Part shown: positions 43,279 to 54,358 of the stretch, piece after piece
Layout: the number at the start of each line of letters is the position of its first letter
Numbering within the stretch: the first letter of the stretch is position 1
Source: a virus
Lineage: Duplodnaviria > Caudoviricetes
DNA: 64,000 bases
Virus record (IMG/VR): IMGVR_UViG_3300031857_000001
Reading direction: 5' to 3' (one strand)
Notes under the pieces: model-generated
The model's input: the letters and a program-made list of their open reading frames with translations, nothing else
Databases searched by the model: none
Told to the model about the DNA's origin: nothing
Translations under genes and position numbers: made by a program

Positions 43279-46200
43279 ATGGAAATTACACCATTGAATT
43301 GTACAGAGCCATGTGTGAATATAACTCCAAGTAATTTTGTAGTTGATTCACCGACAATTAATATCACGAATGTTTCAAAATTTGTACCGTATAACGAGAA
43401 AAAACAGTGTGGCGAATTATACCTACAATTCGACCAAGTATATACTTACGATGTTGTAAATAATGTAAGTTATTCAATATTCACTTATCCGGAATACAGT
43501 AACTTTAACCAGCCAAGGTCGGTGTCTCGTACATTAGATAAGATGTTTTTAACTTGTCGAATTTCAGGTGATACGTTTATTAAAGAATATGATATTACTT
43601 ATAGTCCGCTGACTATAACATTTAATAGAGAAATTTATGCGGATTTAAATCCAAATACAGCTTGGCTCGAGGTAATGACCGCAATTGATAACAATACTTT
43701 GATAAGTTTCTCTTCTGTTTCTTACAGTGAGGTTTTTGTGATTGAAGTAAATATAGAACTACCAATTGCCGTAATAACTAGAAAATTCGATTTTATACCC
43801 GGTTCCAGCTTTATACGAGGTAATCCAATATTAACTACCGATAAAAAGTTAATTATCGCTAACTCACATAGTGGTAACACATATATAACTCAATACAATT
43901 ATATTAACGGAGAACTTGAATTGGACCTACAGGTTAACTTATTTTTAAGTCATTTGTTTATATCAAATGGAGAGCTCCATTTGGTCACTTATTTTCAAGG
44001 AGTTAATACTTTATATAAAATAAATAAGTTTCACCCTTACGATATAAGTTTTATCCGAATAATGGATATTACACCGTATATTCAACGTATGTGTCAAATA
44101 CCTCAATGTAACGATGTTTCGTTGATACCCAAAGCGCAACCAGTTAAAAAAACACAGTGTGGAGTTTTCTATCTGTCAGAAGATAAGGTGTATTCTTATA
44201 ATCCTATAAACAATACAAGGACATTAATATTTACTTACCCTGACTATTCTATAGGTAATCTACCGATTCAAATATCACGTACGCTAGATAAAATGTTTTT
44301 GTTAATCGGTACAGGCGCTGGAATTACCCCATATTTAATAAAAGAATATAATATAACATACAGTCCATTAACAATTACATATAACAGAGAAATTCAACTT
44401 GATTCTCCTCCAATCGGAGGGTGGTTTTTAAATATGACAATTATTGATGAAACCACTTTAATACTTTATTGTGGTTCATTTACTGAAGGTGTGTATGCTT
44501 TACAAGTGGACATATCACTACCTATTGCGATTTATACACCTGTAATAGAACTATTTTCAGATAGAAGACCTTTGCTCGGTTCAATATTTACCACGAATAG
44601 TAAGTTAATTGTAGTAACTAACGATATCAATGGTTCTCCCTCTTATATTAGTCAGTTTAACTATCCTAGTGGTGAACTTGAGATAGATATACCGATACCA
44701 GTCTCCGCCGGTAATCCTCTTGGTATTTTTATATCAAATAATGAACTTTATTATATGGGGGTTGGTTCTACGTCAGTACCTTTACATAAAGTTAATTTGA
44801 CTTACCCTTACACAGCCCCTGTGGTTCAATATATTGAGGGTGATTTTAATGTTTTTATAACAGGAGCTGCTCAAATACCTCAATGTTGTGATGTTTCATT
44901 TAGGACTCAAGCCGAATCTGTGAAAAATGTTTTCATTTTGGATGGTCAAAATGAAAATTATATATATGAATTAAAAATAGATGAAACGGTTAATTTAAAA
45001 TCAACATACTTTAAGTCAGGAATTATGACTTTACGTTATTCTCCAGACAGCATTGAAAATCAAGTGTGTTTGAATATAAATCCTGCTTTAAATAACTCAG
45101 GTGAGACCGTATTTGAATTGGTTGATTGTTATTATGATTTACCCCCAACAACAATATCAGGAACTTGTTCTTGTGGTACTTATGATTGTTCAGGTTTAAA
45201 TCTTTATCAAAATACAACTTGGGTTGTAACAATTCCAATAACCAAAAAGAGCGGTACCCCTTTAGTTGGACTGATTACTCCTTTGGTGTATATTGAATCA
45301 TATTTAGGTACTCCTGTTACTTTCGAATACTACTATTATGGTACATACGGTGTTGATTCTGCCGAGATATCTTTCACATTAGACCAAACTAATTATCGAT
45401 TTAACGGTGATGTTGAAAACTATAACATATATGCGGACGGTAGTGGTCCTGATAATGTGGTTATGGTGGTAACCGCCCCATACGGTGCAAAATGGAATGG
45501 AAGTATTAATTGTGCGACTGATAGTAGTTTATTGTCATATACTTATACTTTCTATAAAGAAAATCCAGGAAAAGTTGATTTAAAAGTAGATAAAAACGCA
45601 ATAGTAGGTCAAATAAACCCTTTTGGAGGTATTAGTGATGGTAGTGATACATATTCGGAGACATTCAGTAATGCGGGTACCACCGATATACCTATTGACT
45701 CCGGAGGATATTTTGATTTTGGAGTTTTTAGTTCAGATTCACCATTTTCAAACGGTAATGGACTTAGCCAAGACTTTTACAACAATGATTCTTATGTAAA
45801 ATCAATAGAAGTACAACAAGATGACAGTTTATTGGTTGGGGGTAAATTCAATTACTATAATAATGATTCAGTTTCTAATATTGCAAAAATAAAAGTTGAC
45901 GGAACAATTGATTCATCGTTCAATTTTAATTATTCATTTACGAATGTTAATACGATATCAGCACAACGTGATGGAAGTGTAGTTATTGGCGGTGAATTAC
46001 CGGTATTAGATTGTAACGAGATATCAATAACTTCGGTAACATATAATGAAGAAACTAGTAATGGTTCATCATATACTATAGGATTCACTCCATTATACAA
46101 TCCTGACACCGACTTTTTTGCGGTAGAATGGTCTGTTGATAATTTTGAAACCAGTGCTTTAGGTCAATACGTCTTAGCCCCTTTTGGTACTAGTGAATAT

Positions 46201-49200
46201 ACTTGGCTTAGTAGTTATGAATTTACCACATGGAACTTATTTTCAGGTAGTAGTTCTAATGTTTACTTTAGAATTATTAAAACTTGTCATTTAAATTTAG
46301 CCGGCGTAAGTTATTCTGACCTTGTTTATTCAAATGTATACACAGTTTCTCACACCGGTTCATCATGTCCAAGTGTTGTTTTATTTTTAAGTGGGAATGT
46401 CGGAACTGTTGCATATACCATTAGTAAGTATGACGTAACTGCACAAACAACAACGGTTTTGACTTATCATGAGTTAGGTTATGGCTCGGCAAAAAAACCA
46501 AAAAATATTGCGTACGTTTATGATAATGTGACTGAAACTGGTAAAGTTTGGGTTTCATGTTCACTATATCGATTTGACAGTCAATGTGTGGAATGTTATA
46601 GTGAATCTATAAGTGGTAATTCAGAAATACATGAATATGAAATATTGGATTCTAATTTTTCATTAAGTTATCCTCCTGTAATAAAACCAATAATATCACC
46701 AGATGGAGATTATCATAATATTATTGGGCAATCATTGGCGGTGTTCAATGAACAATATTTGGTGACTACCGTAGATTACTTTACTGTTGGGTCACCAAAT
46801 TTTGTTACAAATATTGTTGATAAATACTTTGCTTTGATTGATATAACAGCAACTGGTGATAGCTTAACTTTTGAATCATCAGTTGAAAGTGTTGGTTTTT
46901 ACGGTATAACATTCCCACAAAATATTCCATACGAAAATTGCGGAGATATTATAAAAACAAATAATGACACATTAATTTACGGATACAACAAAAAACTATA
47001 TGAGATTGATATTTTTTCAGGACTAATTTTATATGAAACTAACCAATCGTCAATGTCAAATTTTGACTTAAGAGGTATATTTGTTTATGATAACGAAATA
47101 TTTGTTAATACTAGTTTTCTTGACGTTTACAAGTTAACAGGAAATATTACGAATCCATTTTCATTATACGATTCAGGAGTTGGAGGCAGTCGAGGCTCAT
47201 CTTCAAATTATATATGTGATACGGTAAGTCTATCTGCTTATGGTGATTGTTATTGCTATAAGTTCATAAATACTGGTTTCACTAATCAACAAATCGAATA
47301 TATTGATTGCGGAGGATATACAAAAAAACTCAAAATTAGTACTGGAAAATATATAAAAAGTTGTTTAAGAAGACTAGTATCCGTTGGAACAAACGTTAAG
47401 TCAAGTATAGTCAGTTTTTGCGTAAACAATACATGTCCTCCATTTGGATATGGTGGTACTAATATAGTAAAAACTAATTCATTCGGACAATTCGATTATG
47501 ATTTCATCAATAAGGCCGGTATAGGATTAGACGGGCCTGTGAATATTATTAAAGAGTGGAAACCCGGAGTTATAATCGTTGGGGGTAAATTTACCAACTA
47601 TAACGGAACTAATGTTAGAGGTATAGTGGCATTAAATTTAGATGGAACTGTTCATTCTAATTTTAAAGGAGGATTTAACTTTGATGAATCAACGCCTAAC
47701 GTAACTGATATTATAGTTTTATCGGATAGTTCATTAATTGTATTTGGAGGAGGAGACTCTGAAAATTGGTTAATTAATTACCAAGGATTGGCGATTGCTA
47801 CAAATATTATAAAAATAAATCCAAACGGTTATAGAGTTAATTCTTTCGCGGCCGGAGATGGATTTGATGAAGGTGTAACATCGGCAACATTACAATCTGA
47901 TGGTAAAATTGTTGTTGCAGGATTATTTGATTGTTATGACGATGATAATGGTAATCATTGTGGTTTAGATTATATAATTAGATTAAACTCTGACGGAACC
48001 TACGATAGTACATTTGTAATGAATGTTGGTTTTAACAATAACGTTAACAAATTAATTAATACTTCAATTGATGATATTCTTGTAGGAGGCTCGTTTGATA
48101 CTCCAACAAGTAAATTAGTTAAACTACGTTCAGGGGGACAAATTGATTTATATAATTTTATAACTTGTGATGGAATCACTGGATTCACTTATGCTCCGTC
48201 AAATATAACCAATGGTACTGTATTATTGGCTAACATAAATGAAACTTCTACTGTTTGTGGTACTGTTGGTAATGTTGTTACATCTGGTAATACAAACATT
48301 TATTTTTCTGATGGTAAAATAACTTACTCAAGTTGTTCAGAATGTGTGGTTAATTACCAAGTAATATTGTTAGTTAGAGAAAAAGGAAAAAAAGACCAAA
48401 TTTTCCAAAAGCAAATGACAAAGGCTCAAATAGATAAAGTTTTATCTGACGGACCTATTTTCTCAACAGGAGGACCAGAAACATATGAGATTTTAGATTA
48501 TTGGTTAGGTTCATTAACTCCATCCACGGGTGTTGAGTCTTTCATTGAGGTAACCCCAACACCTAACCCTACTGTAACACCTACCATAACACCTACTAAG
48601 ACAAAAACCCCGACACCAACAAAAACTCCAACTAACACATCAACCCCAACTAAAACAGTAAACGCAACTCCTGAGCCAACCGCGACTCAAACTGCAACAC
48701 AGACTAAAACTAAAACTCAGACTAGAAGTCAAACACCTACTAATACTGCAACACAGACAAACACTCCTACTCAAACACAAACACCTAATGTAACTTCAAC
48801 TCCTAACCCAACTCCAACACCTACAAAAACTCCTACAAAAACTAAAACAATGACTATGACTCAAACACCTACTAATACTGCAACACAGACAAACACTCCT
48901 ACTCAAACACAAACACCTAATGTAACTTCAACTCCTAACCCAACTCCAACACCTACAAAAACTCCTACAAAAACTAAAACAATGACTCCTACTGTAACTA
49001 GAACGGAGAATTATGTACCACCAACACAAACTCCAACACCAAGTAACACACCAACTAGAAGCGTCACACCAACCAGAACACCAACTAAGACAAAAACACC
49101 GACTGTAACACCAACTAAGACAAAAACACCGACCGCAACAACTACTAAGACGCCAAATGTGACTCCAACAAATACAAAAACACCAACTAAAACTAAGACA

Positions 49201-49299
49201 CCAACACCAACGGCAACATCGGCGTTAGAACCACTTACAATAGTTTACACATTAACCGACCCGAATAATTTCAATTTAAAGGGTGTAATAATAAAATAA
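43279..49299 (+). CDS. 2006-aa multidomain putative virion fibre/adhesin (duplicated propeller-like domain, delta-60-like repeats, TP tract)
   Basis: Two homologous QCG...SRTLDKMF...[16 protein letters not shown] units; [19 protein letters not shown] repeats; ~200-aa TPT tract near the C-terminus. Confidence 0.6.
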   Translation: MEITPLNCTEPCVNITPSNFVVDSPTINITNVSKFVPYNEKKQCGELYLQFDQVYTYDVVNNVSYSIFTYPEYSNFNQPRSVSRTLDKMFLTCRISGDTFIKEYDITYSPLTITFNREIYADLNPNTAWLEVMTAIDNNTLISFSSVSYSEVFVIEVNIELPIAVITRKFDFIPGSSFIRGNPILTTDKKLIIANSHSGNTYITQYNYINGELELDLQVNLFLSHLFISNGELHLVTYFQGVNTLYKINKFHPYDISFIRIMDITPYIQRMCQIPQCNDVSLIPKAQPVKKTQCGVFYLSEDKVYSYNPINNTRTLIFTYPDYSIGNLPIQISRTLDKMFLLIGTGAGITPYLIKEYNITYSPLTITYNREIQLDSPPIGGWFLNMTIIDETTLILYCGSFTEGVYALQVDISLPIAIYTPVIELFSDRRPLLGSIFTTNSKLIVVTNDINGSPSYISQFNYPSGELEIDIPIPVSAGNPLGIFISNNELYYMGVGSTSVPLHKVNLTYPYTAPVVQYIEGDFNVFITGAAQIPQCCDVSFRTQAESVKNVFILDGQNENYIYELKIDETVNLKSTYFKSGIMTLRYSPDSIENQVCLNINPALNNSGETVFELVDCYYDLPPTTISGTCSCGTYDCSGLNLYQNTTWVVTIPITKKSGTPLVGLITPLVYIESYLGTPVTFEYYYYGTYGVDSAEISFTLDQTNYRFNGDVENYNIYADGSGPDNVVMVVTAPYGAKWNGSINCATDSSLLSYTYTFYKENPGKVDLKVDKNAIVGQINPFGGISDGSDTYSETFSNAGTTDIPIDSGGYFDFGVFSSDSPFSNGNGLSQDFYNNDSYVKSIEVQQDDSLLVGGKFNYYNNDSVSNIAKIKVDGTIDSSFNFNYSFTNVNTISAQRDGSVVIGGELPVLDCNEISITSVTYNEETSNGSSYTIGFTPLYNPDTDFFAVEWSVDNFETSALGQYVLAPFGTSEYTWLSSYEFTTWNLFSGSSSNVYFRIIKTCHLNLAGVSYSDLVYSNVYTVSHTGSSCPSVVLFLSGNVGTVAYTISKYDVTAQTTTVLTYHELGYGSAKKPKNIAYVYDNVTETGKVWVSCSLYRFDSQCVECYSESISGNSEIHEYEILDSNFSLSYPPVIKPIISPDGDYHNIIGQSLAVFNEQYLVTTVDYFTVGSPNFVTNIVDKYFALIDITATGDSLTFESSVESVGFYGITFPQNIPYENCGDIIKTNNDTLIYGYNKKLYEIDIFSGLILYETNQSSMSNFDLRGIFVYDNEIFVNTSFLDVYKLTGNITNPFSLYDSGVGGSRGSSSNYICDTVSLSAYGDCYCYKFINTGFTNQQIEYIDCGGYTKKLKISTGKYIKSCLRRLVSVGTNVKSSIVSFCVNNTCPPFGYGGTNIVKTNSFGQFDYDFINKAGIGLDGPVNIIKEWKPGVIIVGGKFTNYNGTNVRGIVALNLDGTVHSNFKGGFNFDESTPNVTDIIVLSDSSLIVFGGGDSENWLINYQGLAIATNIIKINPNGYRVNSFAAGDGFDEGVTSATLQSDGKIVVAGLFDCYDDDNGNHCGLDYIIRLNSDGTYDSTFVMNVGFNNNVNKLINTSIDDILVGGSFDTPTSKLVKLRSGGQIDLYNFITCDGITGFTYAPSNITNGTVLLANINETSTVCGTVGNVVTSGNTNIYFSDGKITYSSCSECVVNYQVILLVREKGKKDQIFQKQMTKAQIDKVLSDGPIFSTGGPETYEILDYWLGSLTPSTGVESFIEVTPTPNPTVTPTITPTKTKTPTPTKTPTNTSTPTKTVNATPEPTATQTATQTKTKTQTRSQTPTNTATQTNTPTQTQTPNVTSTPNPTPTPTKTPTKTKTMTMTQTPTNTATQTNTPTQTQTPNVTSTPNPTPTPTKTPTKTKTMTPTVTRTENYVPPTQTPTPSNTPTRSVTPTRTPTKTKTPTVTPTKTKTPTATTTKTPNVTPTNTKTPTKTKTPTPTATSALEPLTIVYTLTDPNNFNLKGVIIK
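48729..48987 (+). repeat. perfect 127-bp duplication (period 132 bp, 44 aa)
   Basis: 48729-48855 = 48861-48987, [42 protein letters not shown]. Confidence 0.85.
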
Positions 49300-49320
49300 A
49301 ATAAATAAAAAACAAAAAAA

Positions 49321-50193
49321 ATGTCATTACTTTATACATTTAGTACGGGTTCAACTGAGGTCTACTCATTACCTTCTTATAGTTCAGTAACTTCGGCTCA
49401 AACGGTTAGTCAGATTAATAATATAACTTCTGTAAACTCGGTTTATAATAGTACTTATCAAAAAATATTTGCAGGACCTTCAGGTGGTAGTTCAATTACC
49501 GGTTTAACCATTTATAATTCAGGCAATACTAAAACAGTAATAAACATATCGGGAACTACTTTCGGTATCGATGTTGACAATACCAATGATTTGGTTGCAA
49601 TAACTAAAACAGGTCCAGGCGAAGACGTTGTTGTAGTTGTTGATGCTTCGTCAAATACCGTTGTAAGTATAATTGATGTTGTTGAAAACGGTTCATACAA
49701 AGGAGGTATTGCATCAGACAATAATGGATATTGTTATGTGGTTGGTTCTTCAACCGTAATGACAAAAGTAGATATTATAAATGGAGTTACGGCGGATACA
49801 ATAAATATAGGAGGAAGTGGTGAAATCAATAAAAGAGTACTTTTTGATGGTGTAAATAATTTTATATATGTTTTGATTCCGGAATCAGGAATAAAGTCTT
49901 TTGACGCCAGCGATAATAGTCCACTTGACACACTTAGTATAACCGCAAATACAGATTTTTTTGTATTTAATCCTGATAAGGAATATATTTATCTTGGTAT
50001 TGTAACAGGAGGAACTAATGATTTTACCATTACAACAATGGATAAAAATTTATCAATAATTAGTGAAACATTCATTTATTCAGGAGCAACAACAGCTTAT
50101 GACCAATCTGTTTTTGCATTTTATTCACCTGACACCCAATATTTATATGTAGGTGATGTAAACTCGGATAGTATTTTAGTGTTAACAACATAA
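49321..50193 (+). CDS. YncE/YVTN-like beta-propeller protein
   Basis: VVVDASSNTVVSIIDV, ~40-aa blade repeats, LYVGD. Confidence 0.6.
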   Translation: MSLLYTFSTGSTEVYSLPSYSSVTSAQTVSQINNITSVNSVYNSTYQKIFAGPSGGSSITGLTIYNSGNTKTVINISGTTFGIDVDNTNDLVAITKTGPGEDVVVVVDASSNTVVSIIDVVENGSYKGGIASDNNGYCYVVGSSTVMTKVDIINGVTADTINIGGSGEINKRVLFDGVNNFIYVLIPESGIKSFDASDNSPLDTLSITANTDFFVFNPDKEYIYLGIVTGGTNDFTITTMDKNLSIISETFIYSGATTAYDQSVFAFYSPDTQYLYVGDVNSDSILVLTT

Positions 50194-50214
50194 AAATTAA
50201 AATAAAAAAATAAA

Positions 50215-50430
50215 ATGGCAGACATTAATCCAATATATTATTACGGTGACATAGCCGGAGCAAACGCTCCTCTATCGGCTGGAACCCCAAATGAAGTTTG
50301 TATCGCACTATGTGACCAAAGTGTGGTTACAGTTGCTCCTCCTCATCCTGTATGGACTAACTTAGGTGGAAAAGCGGTTGTTGAGTTAAATATGGTTGCA
50401 CTCGGAGGTACATTTGGTTTAAACGGATAA
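50215..50430 (+). CDS. small putative virion protein
   Basis: 71 aa, PHPVWTN...VALGG..GLNG; late operon. Confidence 0.65.
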   Translation: MADINPIYYYGDIAGANAPLSAGTPNEVCIALCDQSVVTVAPPHPVWTNLGGKAVVELNMVALGGTFGLNG

Positions 50431-50436
50431 TTAATT

Positions 50437-50940
50437 ATGAAGAAAGTAGTAAGATTAACAGAATCAGAATTAATTAACGTTATCCAACGTATTATAAAAG
50501 AAGGTCAATCCGAAATTGATTCAATTTTGGATAAGATAAACCGTGTTGGTTTTGATGGATTAACTCCAAAAGAACAATCATATCTCAGACATTATTCTGA
50601 AACAGGAGAATATAAAGATGATGAGGAACTTGTAACAAGGTCTCAATCATTTGACTATGAACATAGGTTTTCAGATAACATAGGTGGAGTTGATATGACA
50701 TTTAAATACGAATCAACTGAGGATACTCCTGATGAGATGATTCACAGTGGTTATTTGGAAATTAATAACGATGAGTTCTATGGTGAAATTTATTGTGACA
50801 CAGATGGAACTTACTCAACATGTAATTTTGAGGATGGTGACGGTGTAAATTTATTTGAAAAATATGAAGGTTTGGAACATGAAGTTGAGAATTTTTTAGA
50901 TAACGTATGTGAAGAAATAAAAGGAAACGAAGCGGTTTAA
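50437..50940 (+). CDS. acidic protein with N-terminal RLTESEL leader
   Basis: MKKVVRLTESELINVIQRIIKEG. Confidence 0.75.
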   Translation: MKKVVRLTESELINVIQRIIKEGQSEIDSILDKINRVGFDGLTPKEQSYLRHYSETGEYKDDEELVTRSQSFDYEHRFSDNIGGVDMTFKYESTEDTPDEMIHSGYLEINNDEFYGEIYCDTDGTYSTCNFEDGDGVNLFEKYEGLEHEVENFLDNVCEEIKGNEAV

Positions 50941-50941
50941 A

Positions 50942-51403
50942 ATGAAAGACAACAAACTACAAAATCTAATTAAAAAAGTTTTAGAAGAGCAAACTTCTGA
51001 TAGATACATGTTCTTTTCTAATTTAGAACAAATGAGAAGACAATGTGATATATTGTTAAGTAAAAATAGAGATGAAATTGATTCTATTTTGGACAACGGT
51101 CACGATTGGGCTCAAGACCATATTGCTGAAGCGAAGAATAATATGGACCAAGTATTTGATTTTTTAATGAATGAAACCACCGATGAAGGTGATTTAGATG
51201 ACCAATCAGATGAAGAAGAAATGGTTATGATGGAGTCAGAAATATCTGAAAAAGCAAAAAAAAATGTACCCACTAACCCTTCGTTATGGAAAAAATCATT
51301 AGATTGGGCAAGAGCTAGATATAAAGTTTGCCCAAGTGCATATTGTAATGGAGCTGCTGCGAAACATTACAAAAGTAAAGGTGGTAAGTGGAGGAGAAAA
51401 TAG
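50942..51403 (+). CDS. hypothetical protein, C-terminal PSAY...GGKW motif
   Basis: KLQNLIKKVLEEQ N-terminus; CPSAYCNGAAAKHYKSKGGKW. Confidence 0.7.
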   Translation: MKDNKLQNLIKKVLEEQTSDRYMFFSNLEQMRRQCDILLSKNRDEIDSILDNGHDWAQDHIAEAKNNMDQVFDFLMNETTDEGDLDDQSDEEEMVMMESEISEKAKKNVPTNPSLWKKSLDWARARYKVCPSAYCNGAAAKHYKSKGGKWRRK

Positions 51404-51441
51404 TCTCTTGAATTTTAACAAATTATCCTTATTATTAGATA

Positions 51442-51870
51442 ATGAATAAGAGTAAATTAAAGGATTACATCTTTATTTTTGCCATTATATTACTTTTGGC
51501 ATATATTTTCTTTTTGAAAGATAATTTTAAACATGAAGTTGAGTCAACTAAGGAGGTTAATACATCACATCAAATTAACCAATTAAGAGATTCTATTAGT
51601 ATATTAAGATTATCAAATAGAGAATTATTACTTTCATTTTTACAAAGAGAACGTGATTATCAAGATGAAACTATAATAAATTATGAGACAAATATTACAA
51701 AAGTCACTCCTTCTTTTGGTACTTATGTTGACCATGATAGGGATAAACTTTGGTCAGACCATACGTCCCAAGAGGATAGTGTTCCAAGGGGACACTGGGA
51801 TATTCTTAACCAAAAGACAGGAGGGAGAAGTATTAAAGAGATTAGCGTTGAGGGATTCTTACAAAAGTGA
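51442..51870 (+). CDS. N-terminal TM protein, possible i-spanin-like
   Basis: One TM (YIFIFAIILLLAYIFFL) then polar helical region; overlaps the next ORF by 188 nt. Confidence 0.45.
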   Translation: MNKSKLKDYIFIFAIILLLAYIFFLKDNFKHEVESTKEVNTSHQINQLRDSISILRLSNRELLLSFLQRERDYQDETIINYETNITKVTPSFGTYVDHDRDKLWSDHTSQEDSVPRGHWDILNQKTGGRSIKEISVEGFLQK

Positions 51871-52210
51871 GATAGACTCAATTTTTAAATACTCAAGTGA
51901 TTGTACTGATGCTCTCTTATTATCAAGAGAAGCATTTTTTGGTTTATTTGATAATTACAAAGATTTGGAGGAAGAGGCCATGAATTCTGCATTAAAAAAT
52001 CAGAATTTAGAAAGTCAATTAGAGCAGGCTCAAGAAAAAATATCACAAGAACAAAAAAAGAAAGTTAGGTGGAAAAGAGCAACTGTTGGTACTAGTATTG
52101 TCGCAGTTGGAGCTGTGGCTGCGGTTGTTACAGGGGTATGGTTACCTGCTTTAGCAGTTGGTGCCGTAGTAGAATTGGGGTATATTTTAACACCTAAAAA
52201 GAATAAATAA
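51683..52210 (+). CDS. exported coiled-coil protein with C-terminal TM, possible spanin partner
   Basis: Signal peptide ending FG-Q, coiled coil, hydrophobic C-terminus; no lipobox Cys. Confidence 0.45.
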   Translation: MRQILQKSLLLLVLMLTMIGINFGQTIRPKRIVFQGDTGIFLTKRQEGEVLKRLALRDSYKSEIDSIFKYSSDCTDALLLSREAFFGLFDNYKDLEEEAMNSALKNQNLESQLEQAQEKISQEQKKKVRWKRATVGTSIVAVGAVAAVVTGVWLPALAVGAVVELGYILTPKKNK

Positions 52211-52261
52211 TTTTTGTGGGATTAGAGTTTTGTCGTATATTTGTACCACAAAACACCTAAT

Positions 52262-52684
52262 ATGTTAAAAAAGTTAATAATCCGCTACAAGTTATTCCTT
52301 AGAAAAATTAATAAATTTACTTCTATGGAATCTGAGTTATCAAAAGTTAACACAAGTCAATGTACCTTTATTTGTCGTAAATTAATTCATGACAAAAATT
52401 CAGAATTGTTGATTGCTCCAATCTCTGAAAAAATGTACATTAAAAATCAAGAATTAGGTATATTCATAACTAAAGACGGACATGAGGTAACAATTACTAA
52501 CCATACGTATAGTTATTTTATTAAACTCAGCCCAAATCAATCTGAAAAACTAAATAATTTCTTTTTTAAAGAAATGGAAATTAGGGCTAAGATTATGGAA
52601 CGTGAGCTTGAGGGTCAAATTAAACACTCTTTAGATAAGATATTCACAACTATAAGTTCATACGAATCAGAGACCGTTGTTTAA
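52262..52684 (+). CDS. hypothetical early protein
   Basis: ATG 52262 downstream of TATATTTG 52236-52243. Confidence 0.7.
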   Translation: MLKKLIIRYKLFLRKINKFTSMESELSKVNTSQCTFICRKLIHDKNSELLIAPISEKMYIKNQELGIFITKDGHEVTITNHTYSYFIKLSPNQSEKLNNFFFKEMEIRAKIMERELEGQIKHSLDKIFTTISSYESETVV

Positions 52685-53392
52685 AACTGTGTCGATAAGT
52701 CTCTTTATTTGACTCTCAGTAAGTTTAATCTGTTCGTTTTGTTTTTTTGGTTTGTATGAAACCATAGTTGGTGAATTACCCGTTCCTGATTTTGGGTTAC
52801 TTTTTTCAGCTCTTCTTTTTTGTTGGCAGGCGGCTCTTTTTTGAGCGTCTGTCATTTTGGAGGCAACACCTGCTGCTCTACATTTAGGATAACCTTTTGA
52901 ATCCGCCTCAGGTCTACCACAAGGAGGATGACCACCACCTTCTTTTTTTCTACATATATTAACCCATGGACCTTTTGGTTGTTTACTTCCCTTAGGTTTC
53001 TTTTTAGTACCAAACCAAACACCTAAATCCTCTAATACAGTACTTTCAGTAATCTCAATCCATTCATTAAGTTTACCAGGTGTTGGATTGATTATATCAC
53101 CGTCATCGTCACTAATTGTTGGATGATTTTTTTTATAGTTCGATATTTTATTGGATTTTTTTTCCATTTTTTTAATCTTTTTTTTAGGTTCGTCCATGTG
53201 TCCGTCTAAACTATCGTAGTTTAATTCGGCATTATTATATTTTGATACTTGAATTGAAAATGGAGATAATTGATTTTTATCAAATTTTTTTAATCCTGGT
53301 TGTATAGGAAGACTATAAGAACCTCTACTACCATTTTCAGAAGTGGCTTCGGTTAGGTATTGTATAATTTTATTTTTTAAATCCATTAACAA
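52667..53392 (-). CDS. basic hypothetical late protein with C-terminal KLTESQI motif
   Basis: WFG...GPWVNIC...PPCGR...YPKCR; ends QIKLTESQIKRLIDTVLNNGL; late motif 53415-53422. Confidence 0.7.
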   Translation of the reverse strand: MLMDLKNKIIQYLTEATSENGSRGSYSLPIQPGLKKFDKNQLSPFSIQVSKYNNAELNYDSLDGHMDEPKKKIKKMEKKSNKISNYKKNHPTISDDDGDIINPTPGKLNEWIEITESTVLEDLGVWFGTKKKPKGSKQPKGPWVNICRKKEGGGHPPCGRPEADSKGYPKCRAAGVASKMTDAQKRAACQQKRRAEKSNPKSGTGNSPTMVSYKPKKQNEQIKLTESQIKRLIDTVLNNGL

Positions 53393-53437
53393 AGTCTTTT
53401 TTATTGACTATAATTATAAATATCTAATTACGGTAAA

Positions 53438-53677
53438 ATGGAAAATATCGAAAACAAAGAATTCGGCAAATTATTTAACTCAGTTTCATTAATAAGTGAA
53501 GAACATTTGGAGTTAATATTAACAACAATGTCTCAAAAAGAATCGATTTATTTATTGGTGCAAGCTGTTAAGCACGCTCATCATTTGGGTACTTATTCTA
53601 TCGGAGAAACTGAGGTAATATCTAAAGCAATCAGAGTTATCTCTAAAATAACCGATGATGAACCAAATAATATTTAA
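53438..53677 (+). CDS. hypothetical protein
   Basis: 79-aa ORF. Confidence 0.65.
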   Translation: MENIENKEFGKLFNSVSLISEEHLELILTTMSQKESIYLLVQAVKHAHHLGTYSIGETEVISKAIRVISKITDDEPNNI

Positions 53678-53679
53678 AT

Positions 53680-54348
53680 TTAAGCAGTAGTTGTATTAGT
53701 TGTCTGAGTACTACCTGTTACCGGTGTTGTTTGTTTCGCGGGAAACGCACTACAACCTTCAAATACAGACTCGTCTCTAACAATAAATCCGTCAGTTATA
53801 CATCTTCTTAAAGCGTTACATAAATCTTGACTTGCAACACCTTCTTTAAACGGATTTAGAGGAGTTACCGCTCTACCAATTGTCCTACACATTTCTTTAG
53901 TTAATTTGGCCTGAGTCTTTGCCCTTTCCGCTTCCATTTTGGCTTGAGTTATTGCTAAATCCGCCAGTTCTTTTGTTTTAATATCAGCAGTTAATTGAGC
54001 TAAAGTTGAGGCGATTTTTAACTCAGGTTTTGGTGCTTCAGGTGATGAGAGTTGAGTAACTTCTTTACTTTTAATCGGAGCCAAATTAGCCGCGGCATCC
54101 TTCATTTGTTTTCTATTTTCAATTTCACCAATAGCTTGAGTAATAGCCGAATAAGTCATTTTACCAAATTTATTATCAGCACCAGTTTTACCTAACATAT
54201 CACCATAACCCAATTTAACTAATTTGTTTTGAATATCTTGTAATGTTACTGGTTTTTCGGCCGCTTGTTCTAAAACAATATTTTTTTGAGAGTATAAACT
54301 CACTATTTCATTTTTATCTTCTTCTGTTAAAATAAATCTTTTGTTCAT
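53680..54348 (-). CDS. LTEE-leader protein with peptidoglycan-binding-like segment
   Basis: MNKRFILTEEDKNEIVSLY; IQNKLVKLGY...GADNKFGKMTYSAI. Confidence 0.6.
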   Translation of the reverse strand: MNKRFILTEEDKNEIVSLYSQKNIVLEQAAEKPVTLQDIQNKLVKLGYGDMLGKTGADNKFGKMTYSAITQAIGEIENRKQMKDAAANLAPIKSKEVTQLSSPEAPKPELKIASTLAQLTADIKTKELADLAITQAKMEAERAKTQAKLTKEMCRTIGRAVTPLNPFKEGVASQDLCNALRRCITDGFIVRDESVFEGCSAFPAKQTTPVTGSTQTTNTTTA

Positions 54349-54358
54349 TTTTTTTATA

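Larger units (their letters stand above)
402..52243. promoter_or_regulatory. dispersed Bacteroidota primary-sigma promoters (-7 element TAnnTTTG, often TTTG/TTG ~19-21 nt upstream)
   Basis: Plus strand: 402, 1018, 1497, 2635, 3852, 4721, 7499, 7975, 9154, 9257, 9354, 11083, 13315, 52236; minus strand: 12167-12174, 27358-27365; nearly all lie just upstream of a gene or RNA. Confidence 0.8.

Noticed and set aside
41084-48987. Tandem repeats as a possible CRISPR array
   Set aside because: In-frame coding repeats with no unique spacers; no cas genes in the window
35960-49299. Diversity-generating retroelement acting on the adhesin-like genes
   Set aside because: No reverse transcriptase and no template/variable repeat pair differing only at adenines was seen in the window
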